In this document: positions 1 through 12,400 of the stretch, piece by piece
How positions within the stretch are numbered: position 1 is the stretch's first letter
How the letters are laid out: the number at the start of each line of letters is the position of its first letter
Origin: Takakia lepidozioides
Taxonomy: Eukaryota; Plantae; Bryophyta
Length of the DNA: 64,000 bases
Reading direction: 5' to 3'
NCBI GenBank assembly: GCA_030704615.1
Contig: CM060731.1
Span: 33,232,001 to 33,296,000 of the forward strand
Program-made: the position numbers and the translations under genes
Notes under the pieces: model-generated
What the model saw: the letters and a program-made list of their open reading frames with translations, nothing else
The model's database searches: none
What the model was told of the DNA's origin: nothing

Positions 1-2697
1 GGTTGGTAAGTCCTGGCCGAAAGCTTGGTAAAGCAATCTAGAGGCCTCTCAGGAGGTTTGAACAAGGTCTTTGCCCGTTCCACAAAGAGTTGCCCAGTTG
101 AGGCTGGGATCATCCATGACGGCTGCATGCAGGAAGTCACGAGCTGGTCCCTTCATGCTCATCCTAAAGATCACCATCTTGAAATTCTTAGGCACTCCAT
201 TGATACTAGCAATGACCTCAAACATCTGAAGATGTCTATCAAAGTCTTCTCCCATGGTATATTCTGGATAAGGTTGAGTGGTCAGCTGGGAGATCAGATG
301 ACAAGGCAGGCTATGGTTGATGTGACCAGGGAGGACAGACCCATGAGGAGGGCAACAGGGAACTATGGGAGCAGTACTACCATGCACATATCCAACATTA
401 GATGCAAAATTATAACTCATACTATTATTGCTGGTTGATCCTGTAGCAGTTGAAGCTGACAGACGTGACGCCACCGTGCCCATGGGGAGAGCAGGTATTG
501 CCACACTTGGCTGAGCAGCAGGGTTAGTAGACTGCAAGTGGGTTTGTGGCATTCCACTCATGGGAAGAGTGGATGCCACTCCCACCGGTTGTGTTGACAC
601 AGATCTCTTATACTGCTAAGAGGGATATTGCTAGCATCCACGGACTGGCTAGAGACAAGATGTGGTGGCACCCCAGCCTGTGGAGCAGGGAGGGCCCCCA
701 CTGAATGGCCAGCGATGGTAGGAGTCGGAGCAGTAGACACCTAGAGGGCCCTTGCATCATGACACCCCCACCTTGAACAACACCATGCACGTTCAACACA
801 GGAAGATTGCCCACATGCATACCCAAATTTACAGGCAACAAGTTCCCTCCCCCGAGAGTGGGACTAGGGAAATTCACAACAGGCAGCACACTAGGACTCA
901 AGTTAGCAACCTGGGTCGGCATACTGCTCGTAGTAGCCCATACATCCGAACCAGACCCTTTGATCCCTTGGACATGAATAGGATGGGAGGGCAGACCGTT
1001 TGATTCCCGAGCCAGCATAGGCTCGGTTCGTCTAGCCACCAAGGCCTCATCACGCCGATCATAAACAGAAAGGCCCTCGAGGGTGGCTATCCCAGACCCC
1101 TCATCAACCAATGTAATACTAGTTGGGGACTCTACAACTGCTCCCATCGTCCCAACATTCAAAAATTCATCATCATTCACCATGAAATTACCTGCCTGCA
1201 GGTTGTCCGATCCCTCATTCACTTCCACTACATTTTCGGCGAGCGGCTCTCCTGAATTATTCATGGACCTCTGTCTTCCGGATCTCAACCAAGTAGTTCT
1301 AGAATCATCTAGCATACAAGAAACGAGGTTGGATTGGAGGCATAACCTTTAAGCAGCAGGGATATGGAGCGTGGGCCGAGCACTTAGCGAGCTGTCTTCT
1401 GGAACCCAAGTGGAACAATACACCAACCTCAGCACCTTGTGTGACTGTAACTCGTAGATCCCCAACGCCAACCACTCCCAACCGTCAGCTCCTTTAAGCC
1501 AAAAACCAACGCGGGTGGTGTCACCCTCTCTCCAGGTGCGCGAAACCACAGTCGAGTTTGAACAGTCACTCAATCTCTCAAACGCACTCGGACGAACCAC
1601 TCGCTGTGAAGCAAAGGTAGTACCCACACCCAAGACCACTAGATAAGTTGACTGCACTATCAAGGCCCCACCTTTCAGACCATCAATTAACTGTGAATAA
1701 GTAGGTGCCAAGGCGCAAGGCCGGAGCTGAAACCGTAGTGCCCTCAAGATCAAAGCCCCCGTGCCTTGTAACATTAATGACAACCAACTTCGCCCTACCA
1801 CACCAGGGCCATGATGAAGCTCCGCACTTCGAACACCAGAAAGAGGTAGATACAAGCCAACTTCCAACCAGGTCAATTCACGATGGTTCAGAAAACGCGA
1901 CTTGATCGTCCTGGATGGTAGACGCTCTTCGTTGCGTAGCTCAATTTCGTGCTTAGCAAGTTGTCTGGCTTTGGATACCACCGCACCAGGCTCAAGCAAA
2001 GGTCGCGTGAACATGGCCTCGTGATGACTGGTTAGTGCAGCAAGATCACCTACAACAGCTCTCTCTACACGCTCAAACCAAAGCTGATCTTCATCACATA
2101 TCTCACACAACACATCATCTACTTCCTGCGACAACTCAATATCTCTCTCCAACTCTGCTGCTTGTTGCCTACTTTCAAAATATTCAGGGCCTGGATCCAC
2201 AAAGTTGTCAAAATTATAGTATTCCGGGTCACAGCTATCTAGAGAGCTGTCAGACTTCTCAAACCTTGGCGACCACGCCTCTGCCTCCCCAGATTGTCAT
2301 AATCACTACCACCAGGAGAACCCAATGAAACAACAAGGGTTGGAACGCAAGTAGCATGATCATGAAGTGGCGATGCTAGCAAGGCAACACTACCAGGCCG
2401 CGCGCCGTTGGTAGTGTTAGCAACAGCAAGAATGTCAGCAGGGTGAGAAACAACAGGAGGAGCAACAATAACAACACCAGCAGAATGAGAAGCGGCAGCA
2501 GGGTCAGCCTCTACACTAGGATTAGCTTCGATAGCAAGTGCCACGCTAATTTGAAGAAATAGGCTCTCCCCCTCTCTGCGAGCTACACAAGAAAAGCAGC
2601 CATCCCCTGCAATCACACCCCAACGCACATCGTGAGACGGAAAAATCGCAGCAGTAGGAGAAAATATGGCAAAGCGAGGAGCCGCCATCGATAACAC
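1..2697 (-). mobile_element. Degenerate LTR-retrotransposon (Ty3/gypsy-like) gag region, truncated by the window edge
   Basis: Collinear frameshifted minus-strand ORFs (2239-2697, 1349-2200, 608-1315, 558-740, 49-600). They end in a retrotransposon Gag-like segment YPEYTMGEDFDRHLQMFEVIASINGVPKNFKMVIFRMSMKGPARDFLH..LNWATLC, preceded by a long low-complexity P/S/T/V-rich region. A possible LTR lies upstream (2700-3074; begins TGTGA on the minus strand, TATA-like GTATAAA). Confidence 0.55.
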
Positions 2698-3639
2698 GCA
2701 TTAGCGAACCACTTAGGCAGCAGGATGTAGAGCTGATCCCGCGAAAAGACCTAACTGATCCTGACAGTGCGGGCAGGATCCACCACGCCTAGAGTACCCG
2801 GCTTCCCTCCACCATAAAACAAGCCTAAAGCATATACTCCTTTCCTCTCAAGAAGCGAGGTTGCATAACAAAGGGGCGAGCGGAAAGAGCAAGCAACGCG
2901 CGAGAGGAGGATCAAACACACGAATCAGGCACTAAGCAGCTCTCATCCAAAGCTTGTACACCAAAATCACATATACACCAACACCTGGGTACACTGCCCT
3001 GACCTTGTGTCAGGGCGCCGTCTTTATACAAAAAGCCCTAGCCGTAGTGGCCCGCCGCGTGGCGAGGCATCACAGGCCAAAGCCCACGGCGCTGCCTTGT
3101 AAGTGCATTTCCATCCTGGAATGGTAAGAAAGTCTCAAACACGTTCTGTACATTTGCATGCTTCCTTCATGCTGATGCTCAACATGTCAATGCATAGAAA
3201 TGCTGAAGATGTAGCGTCATAGTGAGCAGGTGCTTACAGATGGTGATTTTGCCGGCGACGGGCGTTTCTGGGGAAGCGAGGGTGCAGGAGCTGGGTGGCG
3301 AAGGACATCTTTGCTAGAATCGCCAGTGTGCTCGCCCGCAGGGACACACAACAAATCCTCCTTGTCCTCTTCGTCGACGTACTGCCGTGCCTCATCGGCC
3401 ATTGTTTCTAGCCTTCCTTTGCGTCTGGGTGGTCCAGTGGGTAGTGGAGGTCAACGGCAAGCACGCTTTGGTTTTGGAGCAACAAGCCTGCAAGCCATGC
3501 CCCATGATCTGATGAAAGGCCAGGATCGAGCTACCTGCGAAAACTAACCCTAACCTTAATATTATTGTAACGGTTTAACGGCTTTATACGCCAAAAAAAT
3601 ATACTATGGATGTGTATCGCCGTTTTGGATGAAACGGGC

Positions 3640-3765
3640 TATTTTCCGGTTGAGCAAATATAGGGCTTTACAAGTTCAATCCACCATGGTATCACAAAGG
3701 TGTCCACCTTCTACCGGTCAAGAGACACCATAATTTGCGCTTCTTTTGGGGGGTGTCATATATCA
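3640..3765 (+). mobile_element. Degenerate copy of the tRNA-derived SINE at 4062
   Basis: Shares AAGGTGTCCACCTTC...GGTCAAG(A/T)GACAC..ATAA..GC..C..TT..GG.GG.GTCATA with 4144-4223; B-box remnant GTTCAATCC. Confidence 0.45.
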
Positions 3766-3890
3766 TTATTATGCCCAAACATCCCCCAAATACTGGAAAG
3801 TCTACGCACGCACAATAGGTGACTGATTGACCCAATGATCCCCTTTACATAGCTAGGTTGGCTAAAACATAGTTAGGATAATGGGTGGCA

Positions 3891-3975
3891 TCCAACATAC
3901 AACTACATGGCTTCGAACCCACAATTGTTCATAAGGTGGCCTTGTACCATACTAGCCAACAAACAATATGTTGGA
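3891..3975 (-). mobile_element. Short tRNA-like (pol III A/B box) repeat with inverted termini
   Basis: Minus strand TGGCTAGTATGG (A-box-like) and GGGTTCGAAGCC (B-box-like); bounded by the inverted pair TCCAACATA / TATGTTGGA. Confidence 0.3.
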
Positions 3976-4061
3976 TGTTTGAAGATGACAAATATTGAAT
4001 ATCTTAAAAACTATTATGAGCCTGAACATGTAAAAGATATTACCTCACTCTAGCATGACAA

Positions 4062-4235
4062 CCAGCATGTAGCCCAGTGGTAATGGGCACAATTCATCGT
4101 TGGATGTGGTTGTGGGTTCAAACCACCGTCTGGTATGTCATGAAGGTGTCCACCTTCCTGTTGGTAGTAGCCCTTCGGGGTCAAGTGACACCATAAGTTA
4201 TGCTCCCTTCCGGAGGCGTCATACTTTACTTTAGC
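4062..4235 (+). mobile_element. tRNA-derived SINE
   Basis: A box TAGCCCAGTGG, D-stem GCCC..GGGC, T-arm GTGGGTTCAAACCAC (B box), CCAG..CTGG acceptor remnant; degenerate anticodon arm; tRNA-unrelated body duplicated at ~3695-3760. Confidence 0.6.
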
Positions 4236-4752
4236 ACGACATCTTACAACAAACAGTTAAAAATAATGACATTTGAAAACCGCATTCCATCAAAACACAT
4301 AGAGAGGACTTTGGCCAAAGCTGAAATAAGTAATATCCACTTCATTTTCAGTTATTGCCCTTTGTTGGCCTGGCGGGCTCTATACTGATTACAGTAGTAG
4401 TATTGGGTTAGTATGTGGATGGTCTCAATAGAGGGTGATGCTACTAGATGGCTCGGTTGTTTTCAAGCTTGCATTTATTGGCCCTGCCCTTTTCTAAGGG
4501 TAGGGACTACGCATCAGTCTGGTGAATTGGCCCTTAACCTTATATCATGGGTTGTTCCCATGAAAGATATTGGAAACTTATATGTATTTAAAATGGGAAC
4601 ATGTCCATATGCAATCATTTGTGGCTGTGCGTATTGAGTGTTGCCAAAGTTGGTTGTTGGATGAAGTAACGTAAGCGTTACTGAATAAATTCCATTAACC
4701 GTCATTCCATTAAATTGAATTGAATTAAATAAATAAAAACCATGTGAATTGA

Positions 4753-5131
4753 GCCTCTCATTTTAAGATAATAGGGTCTTCAATGGGCACGTGCAATGTG
4801 GCCGGTGGGCCCCGCGCACGGACGCCCGGCTCCCCAGCACCCCGCCCGCCCCGCCCGCCGCTGTGCGCGGTCGACCAGCCGCGGGCGCGGCTGCAGCAAC
4901 CGCGCCCGCGCCCGCGCCCCCGTCCGCCACGCGGCTAGTCCCCCGCCCATGAGTCTGCTGGCTTCCAGTCTGCCCGCCAGTCCGGTGCTGGCCAGTCCGC
5001 TGCCCAGCAGTCTGCCAGTCCGCTAGTCTGCCAGTCTGCCCGCCAGTCCCCTGCCATCCAGTCCGCTGACGGCGCAGGATCGCCACCGTCCATTCCCATA
5101 ACCCATCCGAGCCCTCCATTTTTAGGGCTGC
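4753..5131 (+). repeat. MULE left terminal inverted repeat (~379 bp, GC-rich)
   Basis: Reverse complement of 16785-17137 with a few indels in the CAGTCYGC repeat block. Confidence 0.95.
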
Positions 5132-5275
5132 AATTCAAACCTGCATCCCTGCCGCCTGCCACTTGCCAGCAGCCGCGAACGTGCGCACTGTTCTCCTGGC
5201 ACGTTGTCGATTGTGTCTTGTACTGCGGCGCGTTTCTTGCATGTTCAGAAGCGTGTCCTTTGTACTGTATAGGGC

Positions 5276-8200
5276 ATGGACGTGGAAGCAAAACCCGATG
5301 ATATACTGATCACGGAAAACCCGCTTATACGGCCTCTTCGACAATGTTTGCAAACAGCAAAACCAGGACCCTTCAACAGGAAGGATCTCCATTGGAAGAG
5401 TGAGACGCAATATGGGTTTATGGGTGTGCGAGTGAATGTTGAAAAGGCCTGCATACCTTGGGATAGAGTTGGTGACTTCGTCCTGGGAGAGGAGAGTTTG
5501 GAGGACTACCCCACTCAGTTTTGGGTGAATGTCCATTCTAAAGTGGAACCCGGCTCGCGAAAAGCACCCAGAGCCAACACATTTCTGTCCAGTATTATGT
5601 GTGCACCATCCTCAGTCCTTTTGACGTTTCATTGCATGTCTGTTGCCATTTTTTGTTTCACGAGTTCTCTGATTTTATGCTTCCTCAAGTCGTTGGATAT
5701 CGATTTTAGAATTTTCTGTCCAGGTATCAATGCTGCTACGGTCCTGATGACAAGCGCACCAACAAGGCAATAGTGGAGGATCCAAAACAGAAGCGTGGAG
5801 GACCTCTTGTGGGTGCTGGAACATCTTGCCCTCATAAAGGCCCAAGGAGAAAGAAGTCGGAGTATGGAGAGTCTTACAAACGTGGTTGCCAATGCTGTTT
5901 CAAGGTCCAGCAATGCTATCTCGCCCCTGACATCTGTGTCCTCACGTACTACAACAACATGGAGCATACAGATGCGCAAGGGAAACCCTCGCATGGGAAG
6001 TCCGCAGAGTTCAGGAACACCCGCCACGCCTATGCACCACACATTAGCGAGGAATTGAAAGCCTGGGTCGTCGAGTGTTTGTGCCGAGGCCTGTCGGTCG
6101 CCCAAATCATGATGGAGCATAAAGAGCACGTGATGAACAACACCGGCTTGGGCGATGCATGGACCCGCGATGATTTCTTGTTGGAGCAAGATGTTCGCAA
6201 CCTTGCCGAGAAACGTGCGTGACAAACCTTCAAAAAGCACGCCGATGATGCAGAGAGTGTGCGCATGTGGAGAGACCAGAATCCTGCGTCGTTTTTTTCT
6301 ATCAAGAGGAGAAATTAGAGCCAACATTCGAGCATTTTGATGGAGATTTGACATTCACTATTGGCATACAGACTCCGTGGCAGAAACGACGAATGCTGGA
6401 ACTAGGACATGACCGTATCGTTGCATGTGATGCAACCTTTGGGACAAATCATGACAAGGTACTATTCGAACGATTCCATGGACTTGTACGAGCATGATAG
6501 CATAGTACCATGCAACATTCACATAATATTTGGTGTGCTGACCCTTTCTGTATGTTTAGGGTTGTGTACGTTGCGGAAGACCGAGAGGCAGACCCATTGT
6601 GAACCGCTACAGACCTCATCACTCTTATGAAGTCTTCTCGTGCAGAACTGAGCGGAATTTGCATGCTCTGACCATCTTACATTGTGCATTCCAACAGTTC
6701 CCATTGTACACGTTGATGGTCTTCGACGAGTGGTTGAACGGTATACCAGTTGCCTATATCCTATCCGCGAGGAATCGGACAAGAGACCTGGTTCCGTGGA
6801 TGAGAGCCTTGCGCGATTCACTCCTCGCAGATTTGCCGAGCTGGCGACCCAATGCCTTCATTGTGGACGATGCCGAAGCAGAAATCAACGCTATTCGGTA
6901 AGTCTGTTGGTCCACAGCACCGGTCCATTGTCGAGGTCCACTGCAACAGTCCATTGCTACAGTCCACTGGCAGACTCCTGTGGTGAAACCCGATGGCAGT
7001 TCGCTGGGCAAATCCACTGGTAGTCCGCTGTCAAGTCCGGTCATCAATCCCCTGTCAAGTCCGCTGGCAGTCCCCGGCAAGTCCACTCAGCAGTCCCTGG
7101 GGTCGGCCGTCCGCTTCCAAGTCCACTCGGCAGTCCGCTGTGGCAGTCCAATGGGGCAAACCGTTGATGCAGTCCGCTGCCCCAGTCCTAGCTAGGGGAA
7201 GTCCAATGGGGAAGTCCACTGGGTAGTCCAATAGGGTTATTCCAGCACATCAACGTCATGGCATTGTACTGTCCACTGGCCGAGTCCAGTGGCTCTGCCC
7301 GCTGATACAGGTCGCTGTTACAGTCCACTCCGGCAGTCCACCATTGCAGTCCGATCCCAAGACTCTAATGTGTACCATGTGTGTTGTGCAGAATTGTTTT
7401 TGAAGGAGTACTCATTTTCCTCTGCCTTTGGCATGTCCGCAAGGCATGGGTGAAGCAATCATGCAAGAAAACGAAGGATCCGGTGACCGCTGTAAACTTG
7501 TTGAAGGATATGGGAGACCTCATGTACTGTAGAGGGGGACCACGCAACGAGAAAAGAGCGCTTCGGTGGGTTGCAAGGAGAATCCGTCGTATGAGGTCAA
7601 AATACCCGAAAGGACATGAATTTCTTGACTATATCGAACAGTACTGGAAGCCCAAAATAGCAATGTGGTGTACAGCAGCCCGCCATGTCCCTCATGCGAG
7701 CCAAGACACAAACGCAAGCATTGAGGCATACCATGGAAATCTGAAGGCAAGACTTGCCATGGGGAAAGGCAAGATGAGTGGTCGTAGAGTGGACTGGCTT
7801 ATATGGGAACTCACTGGCCGTGTGCTAACACACTACTGGTACGCAATCCATTTGAAGACCCACGGGTTCATAAGAAATGACAAACACGAAAAGTACATAT
7901 CCAGTTCTATACTTGCGGCACGAGACATTCCTGCTGAGAGTGTTACTCTTCCCTTGGGTCCTGGTGAACCAGCCTACGTTCTCAGCAGCAACCACCCCGG
8001 CACAACATACATTGTTTACAATCCTGATTGCGATTGGGGTTGTTGCACGTGCCCATGGGCAATGAAGGGAAACTTATGCAAGCATCAGGTCCGTGTCCTG
8101 AAGATGCTTCACCCTGACCTGCAGGATGGCCTCCTTGTGCGCGCTTGTGGCACGGCGCTGGGAACCATTCATGGAGGATTACCTAACTTGCTCTTGGGCA

Positions 8201-8646
8201 ATGGTGCCGGCGGCAACGACGAATCCAATCAGTTCATGGAAAGACATCCTCCGGACGACTTCCCCTACGACGAGGCACCTCTGGAGGTCTCAGCCTCATT
8301 GGAACAAGAATTCGCGGACATACTTCGCATTGTAGGTGATGACAAATACCTGGAGGCACATGCCCGATCTGCTCTTCATATGTGCAGAGGGCAGCTCGTT
8401 GATATCCTGGCAAAAAGTGCGGCTGGAATGTTGCACCCTGCGGCAGCGAAGGCTTTCCGTCCTCTGAACGACAACAACAACATGTCTCTGAAAAGGAGAC
8501 GAGATTTTGTGGAGGCCTGGAAAACCCGGCCTAGGGTTTTGCGGAGAACCAGCAAGAGGGTGTCTGCACCTACACCTGCAGCACATATATACTCAAAAAT
8601 TCGCAAGGTTTCAGGTCGTGTAGATGTCACGAAGAAGACAATATAA
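5276..8646 (+). pseudogene. MULE transposase (DDE + SWIM zinc finger), 4 exons, disrupted
   Basis: Exons 5276-5598, 5724-6458, 6698-6897, 7392-8646 joined by GT-AG introns in consistent phase. Motifs: KRGCQCCF..YYNNMEH (WRKY/FAR1-like), CDATFGTN (D1), FIVDDA (D2), LCLWH (CxxH), DTNASIEAYH (E), SWIM CTCPWAMKGNLCKH. In-frame TGA at 6220-6222 and a frameshift in the T-run at ~6291-6298. Confidence 0.9.
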
Positions 8647-8856
8647 GTCTGCAATGCCTCGAAAAGAGACAAGGTTTCACGTCGTGTAGGTGTCACGGAG
8701 AAGACAATATAAGTCTGCAATTCCTCAAAAAGAGACAAGGTTTCATGTCGTGTAGGTGTCACAAAGAAGACAATATAAGTCTGCAATTCCTCGAAAAGAG
8801 ACAAGGTTTCATGTCGTGTACGTAACACAAAGAAGACAGTATAAGTCTGCAATTCT
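8605..8856 (+). repeat. 66-bp tandem repeat, ~3.8 copies, overlapping the transposase stop codon
   Basis: Unit AAGGTTTCA(G/C/T)GTCGTGTA...AAAAGAGAC starts at 8605, 8671, 8737, 8803. Confidence 0.9.
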
Positions 8857-9400
8857 TCTGGTAGCATTGTCCCTTTCTGAAATACAAGTCCGCAATGGAC
8901 TAATGCACAGTCTCCCAACGGACTCCTCTAGTTTCCCAACTGACTCCCACACAGTCTCCCAAGCATAGTCTCCCAACGGACTCACGCACAGTCTCCCAAC
9001 ACAGTCACAGTCAACAGACTGCAAGCGCCAGTAAGCCAGTCTGCTGATCAGTCTGCTGCCCACTCCAAAACTCTGCTCACCACACTTCCACCTCATCCCT
9101 GCAACTTATGCCAATCCAGCGTCCCAGCGGACTCATGGACATGGTGCCTCCCAGACTAGGTACCAGACCCAGCAGTCCTAGCCTCGGCAGCGTACTGCTC
9201 GCACATTCAAGCTCAGCAGACTCGGGTGCACAGTGCATGGAAAAATTGACACCATTGTGTCCATTGAGTTTAGTGACAACATTACAAAACATGCCAGCAC
9301 CCACAGTACACAAAAGTGCTCATCACCACTGGAATAGTAAGCGAAAAGACTCGCATTTTTTATTTCGGTACATAGACTTCACAGGACAAGTACATCATAC

Positions 9401-12400
9401 TCATGAGAGCAGTTTCTCTACATTGTCCAACCCCCGCACGATATACTGGGCACACTGCATTCGCTGCCCAAGTGCAAACTTGAAAGAAAACCAGTCCTTC
9501 GTGAAAGGTGTTCCTCTCTCTGGCTTTGCAGTCTTGGAGACATTTGCTCTGACTTTTACCCACTCATAAAACACTTGAATGAATGACATGACGTAAAAGC
9601 CACACTCCCAGCTGAATGGTTGCTGGGGCACATCAGGCGCGTGGAACTGAAATGCTTGGACAATCTCATGCCACTCTGGTGAGTCCATCGAGTACCCTAA
9701 GCACTGCGCATGAAGCTTCCGAATCCACCCTAGAACAAAGGGACATTTATGCAAGTCCCTGATAGAGTTCAGGTGAGTGTAACAGCCCTTGCGGAGGTCG
9801 ATGATACAAACACTCCAGTGCCCCCTGCAATGGTATCAAACAACATGGCGTCATTGCACAATCATGATGGGCAGACTCAGCAGACTGACACTCAGGAGAC
9901 CGACCACCCAGTCCACTGCACAAATACAAAGGTCAACTTAATCGCTCAGAGTCAAGACGACACTGCGAAACCAGACTATGACTCAGGAGACAGTCTCAGC
10001 AGACTCAGAAGAGTTCTTACTCGTCCCCAATTGGCACCAAAATGAAATGCACTCTTTCAAGTCCTTGCCCAGTCGTTCAGTGCTGAGGCAACCTTTCAAG
10101 ACCTCCAGAAGGCTTTCATGTTGCCCCACCCCCAATGACTTCAACACCGTCCACGTCGACGTTGGAAGAACAGCAATAGTGTTGGTGAACGCAGCCTCAA
10201 CCGACTTCTCATAGAATCGACACCACAGCTCCAGGAGTCTATCTGTGCACTCCGACTCAACCTTCTGGACCGCCTTTACGTCATCCGGCGACAGTCCGCA
10301 TTCAACCGTGGGTCCCCTTCAAAAAACATCAGCATGGAATTACCCGCCTTCACGTGCAGAGCATGTGCTTTGCCAAACCGAGCACCCATCCTGCACAGAG
10401 CAGACCATCCTTCTGGAAGCCTCATGTACTGAACAGACTGACGTCAACATGGTACCAAACACTCTACAGGCTGAACAATTCATCAGGCTGACAAGACTTA
10501 CCACAACAGACAATGATGAAACCAGCAGCAGACTGACCAGCGTACAGACTGACCAAAACAGACCGCAAAGCACTTAACGACAAAGACAGACGAGGAGACT
10601 GAGCACAGTACTCACCTGTGCTGCTCCAGGAAACGACCCACATCTTTGTCCATGTCCAAGGCCAGCTTGCGGTTCTTGTTCATAAAGACGTCAGACTTTT
10701 TCTTCGCCGGTCTCTTGGTACTCGGACCCTCCTCGACCTCCTCAGCATGGTCCACGACAGTCCGCTTCTTGGCTTTGCCTCTCCCCTGGGAAGCAGGGAC
10801 AGCTGTAGGCGGGCTGGATAGAGCAGACAAACGCAGCGCTGCCGCCCTACTTCGCAACAGAGGCTGGTCAGCAGGTTTGTTTACACTTGCTAGACCTGTC
10901 TTTGCAGCTTCGTGGGTCACATGCGTAGAACTGACCCGCGCATCGGGGGGCGTGCTCACCCCCACACCTTTGATGGTTGTCGATCCCACGTTTGCAGCAT
11001 GGGCGGAAGATGTCATGTCCTCAGAAGTAGACAGTCTGCCGACAGAGGGACGAACATCCTGTGAGGATACCGAGCAAAATGTCGAATTAGCCCAATTTCA
11101 CAATGTGCTAAAACATAAACAACAGTGCTGAAAGAGGAAATGGCACAACCTGCCCAAGGGGTGAGGGAGCAAACTCCATGTAATCCAGCGCTATACCAGA
11201 CGGTGTTTGCGCCGCATGTGGTTCCTTGTCAGTGTGTCTGCCAGCATGTTCAGTCTGTTGCTCAATGTGGGCAGTCTGCTCGGCCGCCGGTTCTTCGTCA
11301 GTCCTTTTGTCTGTGAACTGTGCAGTCTGCTGGCAACTCTGCGGTTCAGTCTCTTCCTCAATGTGGGCAATGTGCTCGGTGGCAGGTTGGTCGTCAGTCC
11401 TTCCCTCTGTGAAGTGTGCAGTGTGTTGGTCAGGCCGTGCAATCTGAACTGTGCAGTCAGAGCTGAGCTGTGCAGTCCGCCGCTCCGAGCCATCCTGGTC
11501 AGTCCTTCCATCTGTGACCTGTGCAGTCTGCTGGTTAGTCTGCGGTTCGGTCTGCTCATCAATGAAGACAGTATGCTGCCCCACCACAGGTTGCATGGCA
11601 GTCCTTCCATGTGTCCACTGTTCAGTGTGCTGGTCAGTCTGGTGGACAGCCGGCTGGGTGTTCGGATCTCCATGGACTTGGGAATCATCAAGAACATGTA
11701 TGGAAGACCCACCGGCAATTGCTTCCTCAGACTCTTTTGTAAGATCTATGATACGGTTTTGCGTTCCCAGATTGAGTTCGGTCATCACGTAAGACTCATC
11801 TATGGCTTTCGCCACTGAGCGCACGAAAACGGGACTAACCTGGAAGGTCATAGAAGGCAGGCCACGGGGAGCTGGATAAGAATGCTTTACTGGTGACCTG
11901 ATGACGTTGTCAGTGAATGTGCCTGGGGGGAAAGTGGACTCGGTCAAAACACTCATACTGGCAGATCCAAAAACATGTTGTTGGGAACTCAACAGAAATT
12001 CGTCCACAGGGTCCCGGTGAGGCCAGTGCATCCGAGTCTGTTGCACAATCCAGGGAACAGACTGACTGTTAGTCTCCTGGATAGTCTGCTCGGCCATATA
12101 CTGAGTGGGTTCACCAGTGTGCTGCACAGTCTGCTGAGGGGCAATCTGCTGGCTGGATTCGTCGGTCTGCTGTACAGTTTGCTGAGGGGCAGTCTGGTGG
12201 CCATGTTCGCTGGTCTGCTGCACAGTCGGCTGAGGGGCAGTCTGTTGGCCGGTCTGTTCTCCGGTCTGCTGCAAAGTTTGCAAAGTTCGCTGCCCGCTCA
12301 GTACTGTTTGCACATACTGAGTATGTGTGTGCGGGGCAGTCTGCAGGGAGTGATCCGGCGTATTACCCGAGATGGTCTGGTGCACATGCTTGGTCTCCAG

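Noticed and set aside
3100-3560. Short ORFs 3217-3402 and 3230-3547
   Set aside because: No recognisable domain or supportable exon chain.
4062-4133. Possible tRNA gene
   Set aside because: The anticodon arm and acceptor stem are degenerate and a repeated non-tRNA body follows; SINE is the better call.
4763-5291. GC-rich ORFs at 4763-5291 and their mirror ORFs at 16771-17132
   Set aside because: They are translations of the MULE TIRs; mirror-image and low-complexity, not genes.
8605-8856. CRISPR-like array (also 25399-25593)
   Set aside because: Units are contiguous tandem repeats with no unique spacers, there are no cas genes, and the context is eukaryotic.
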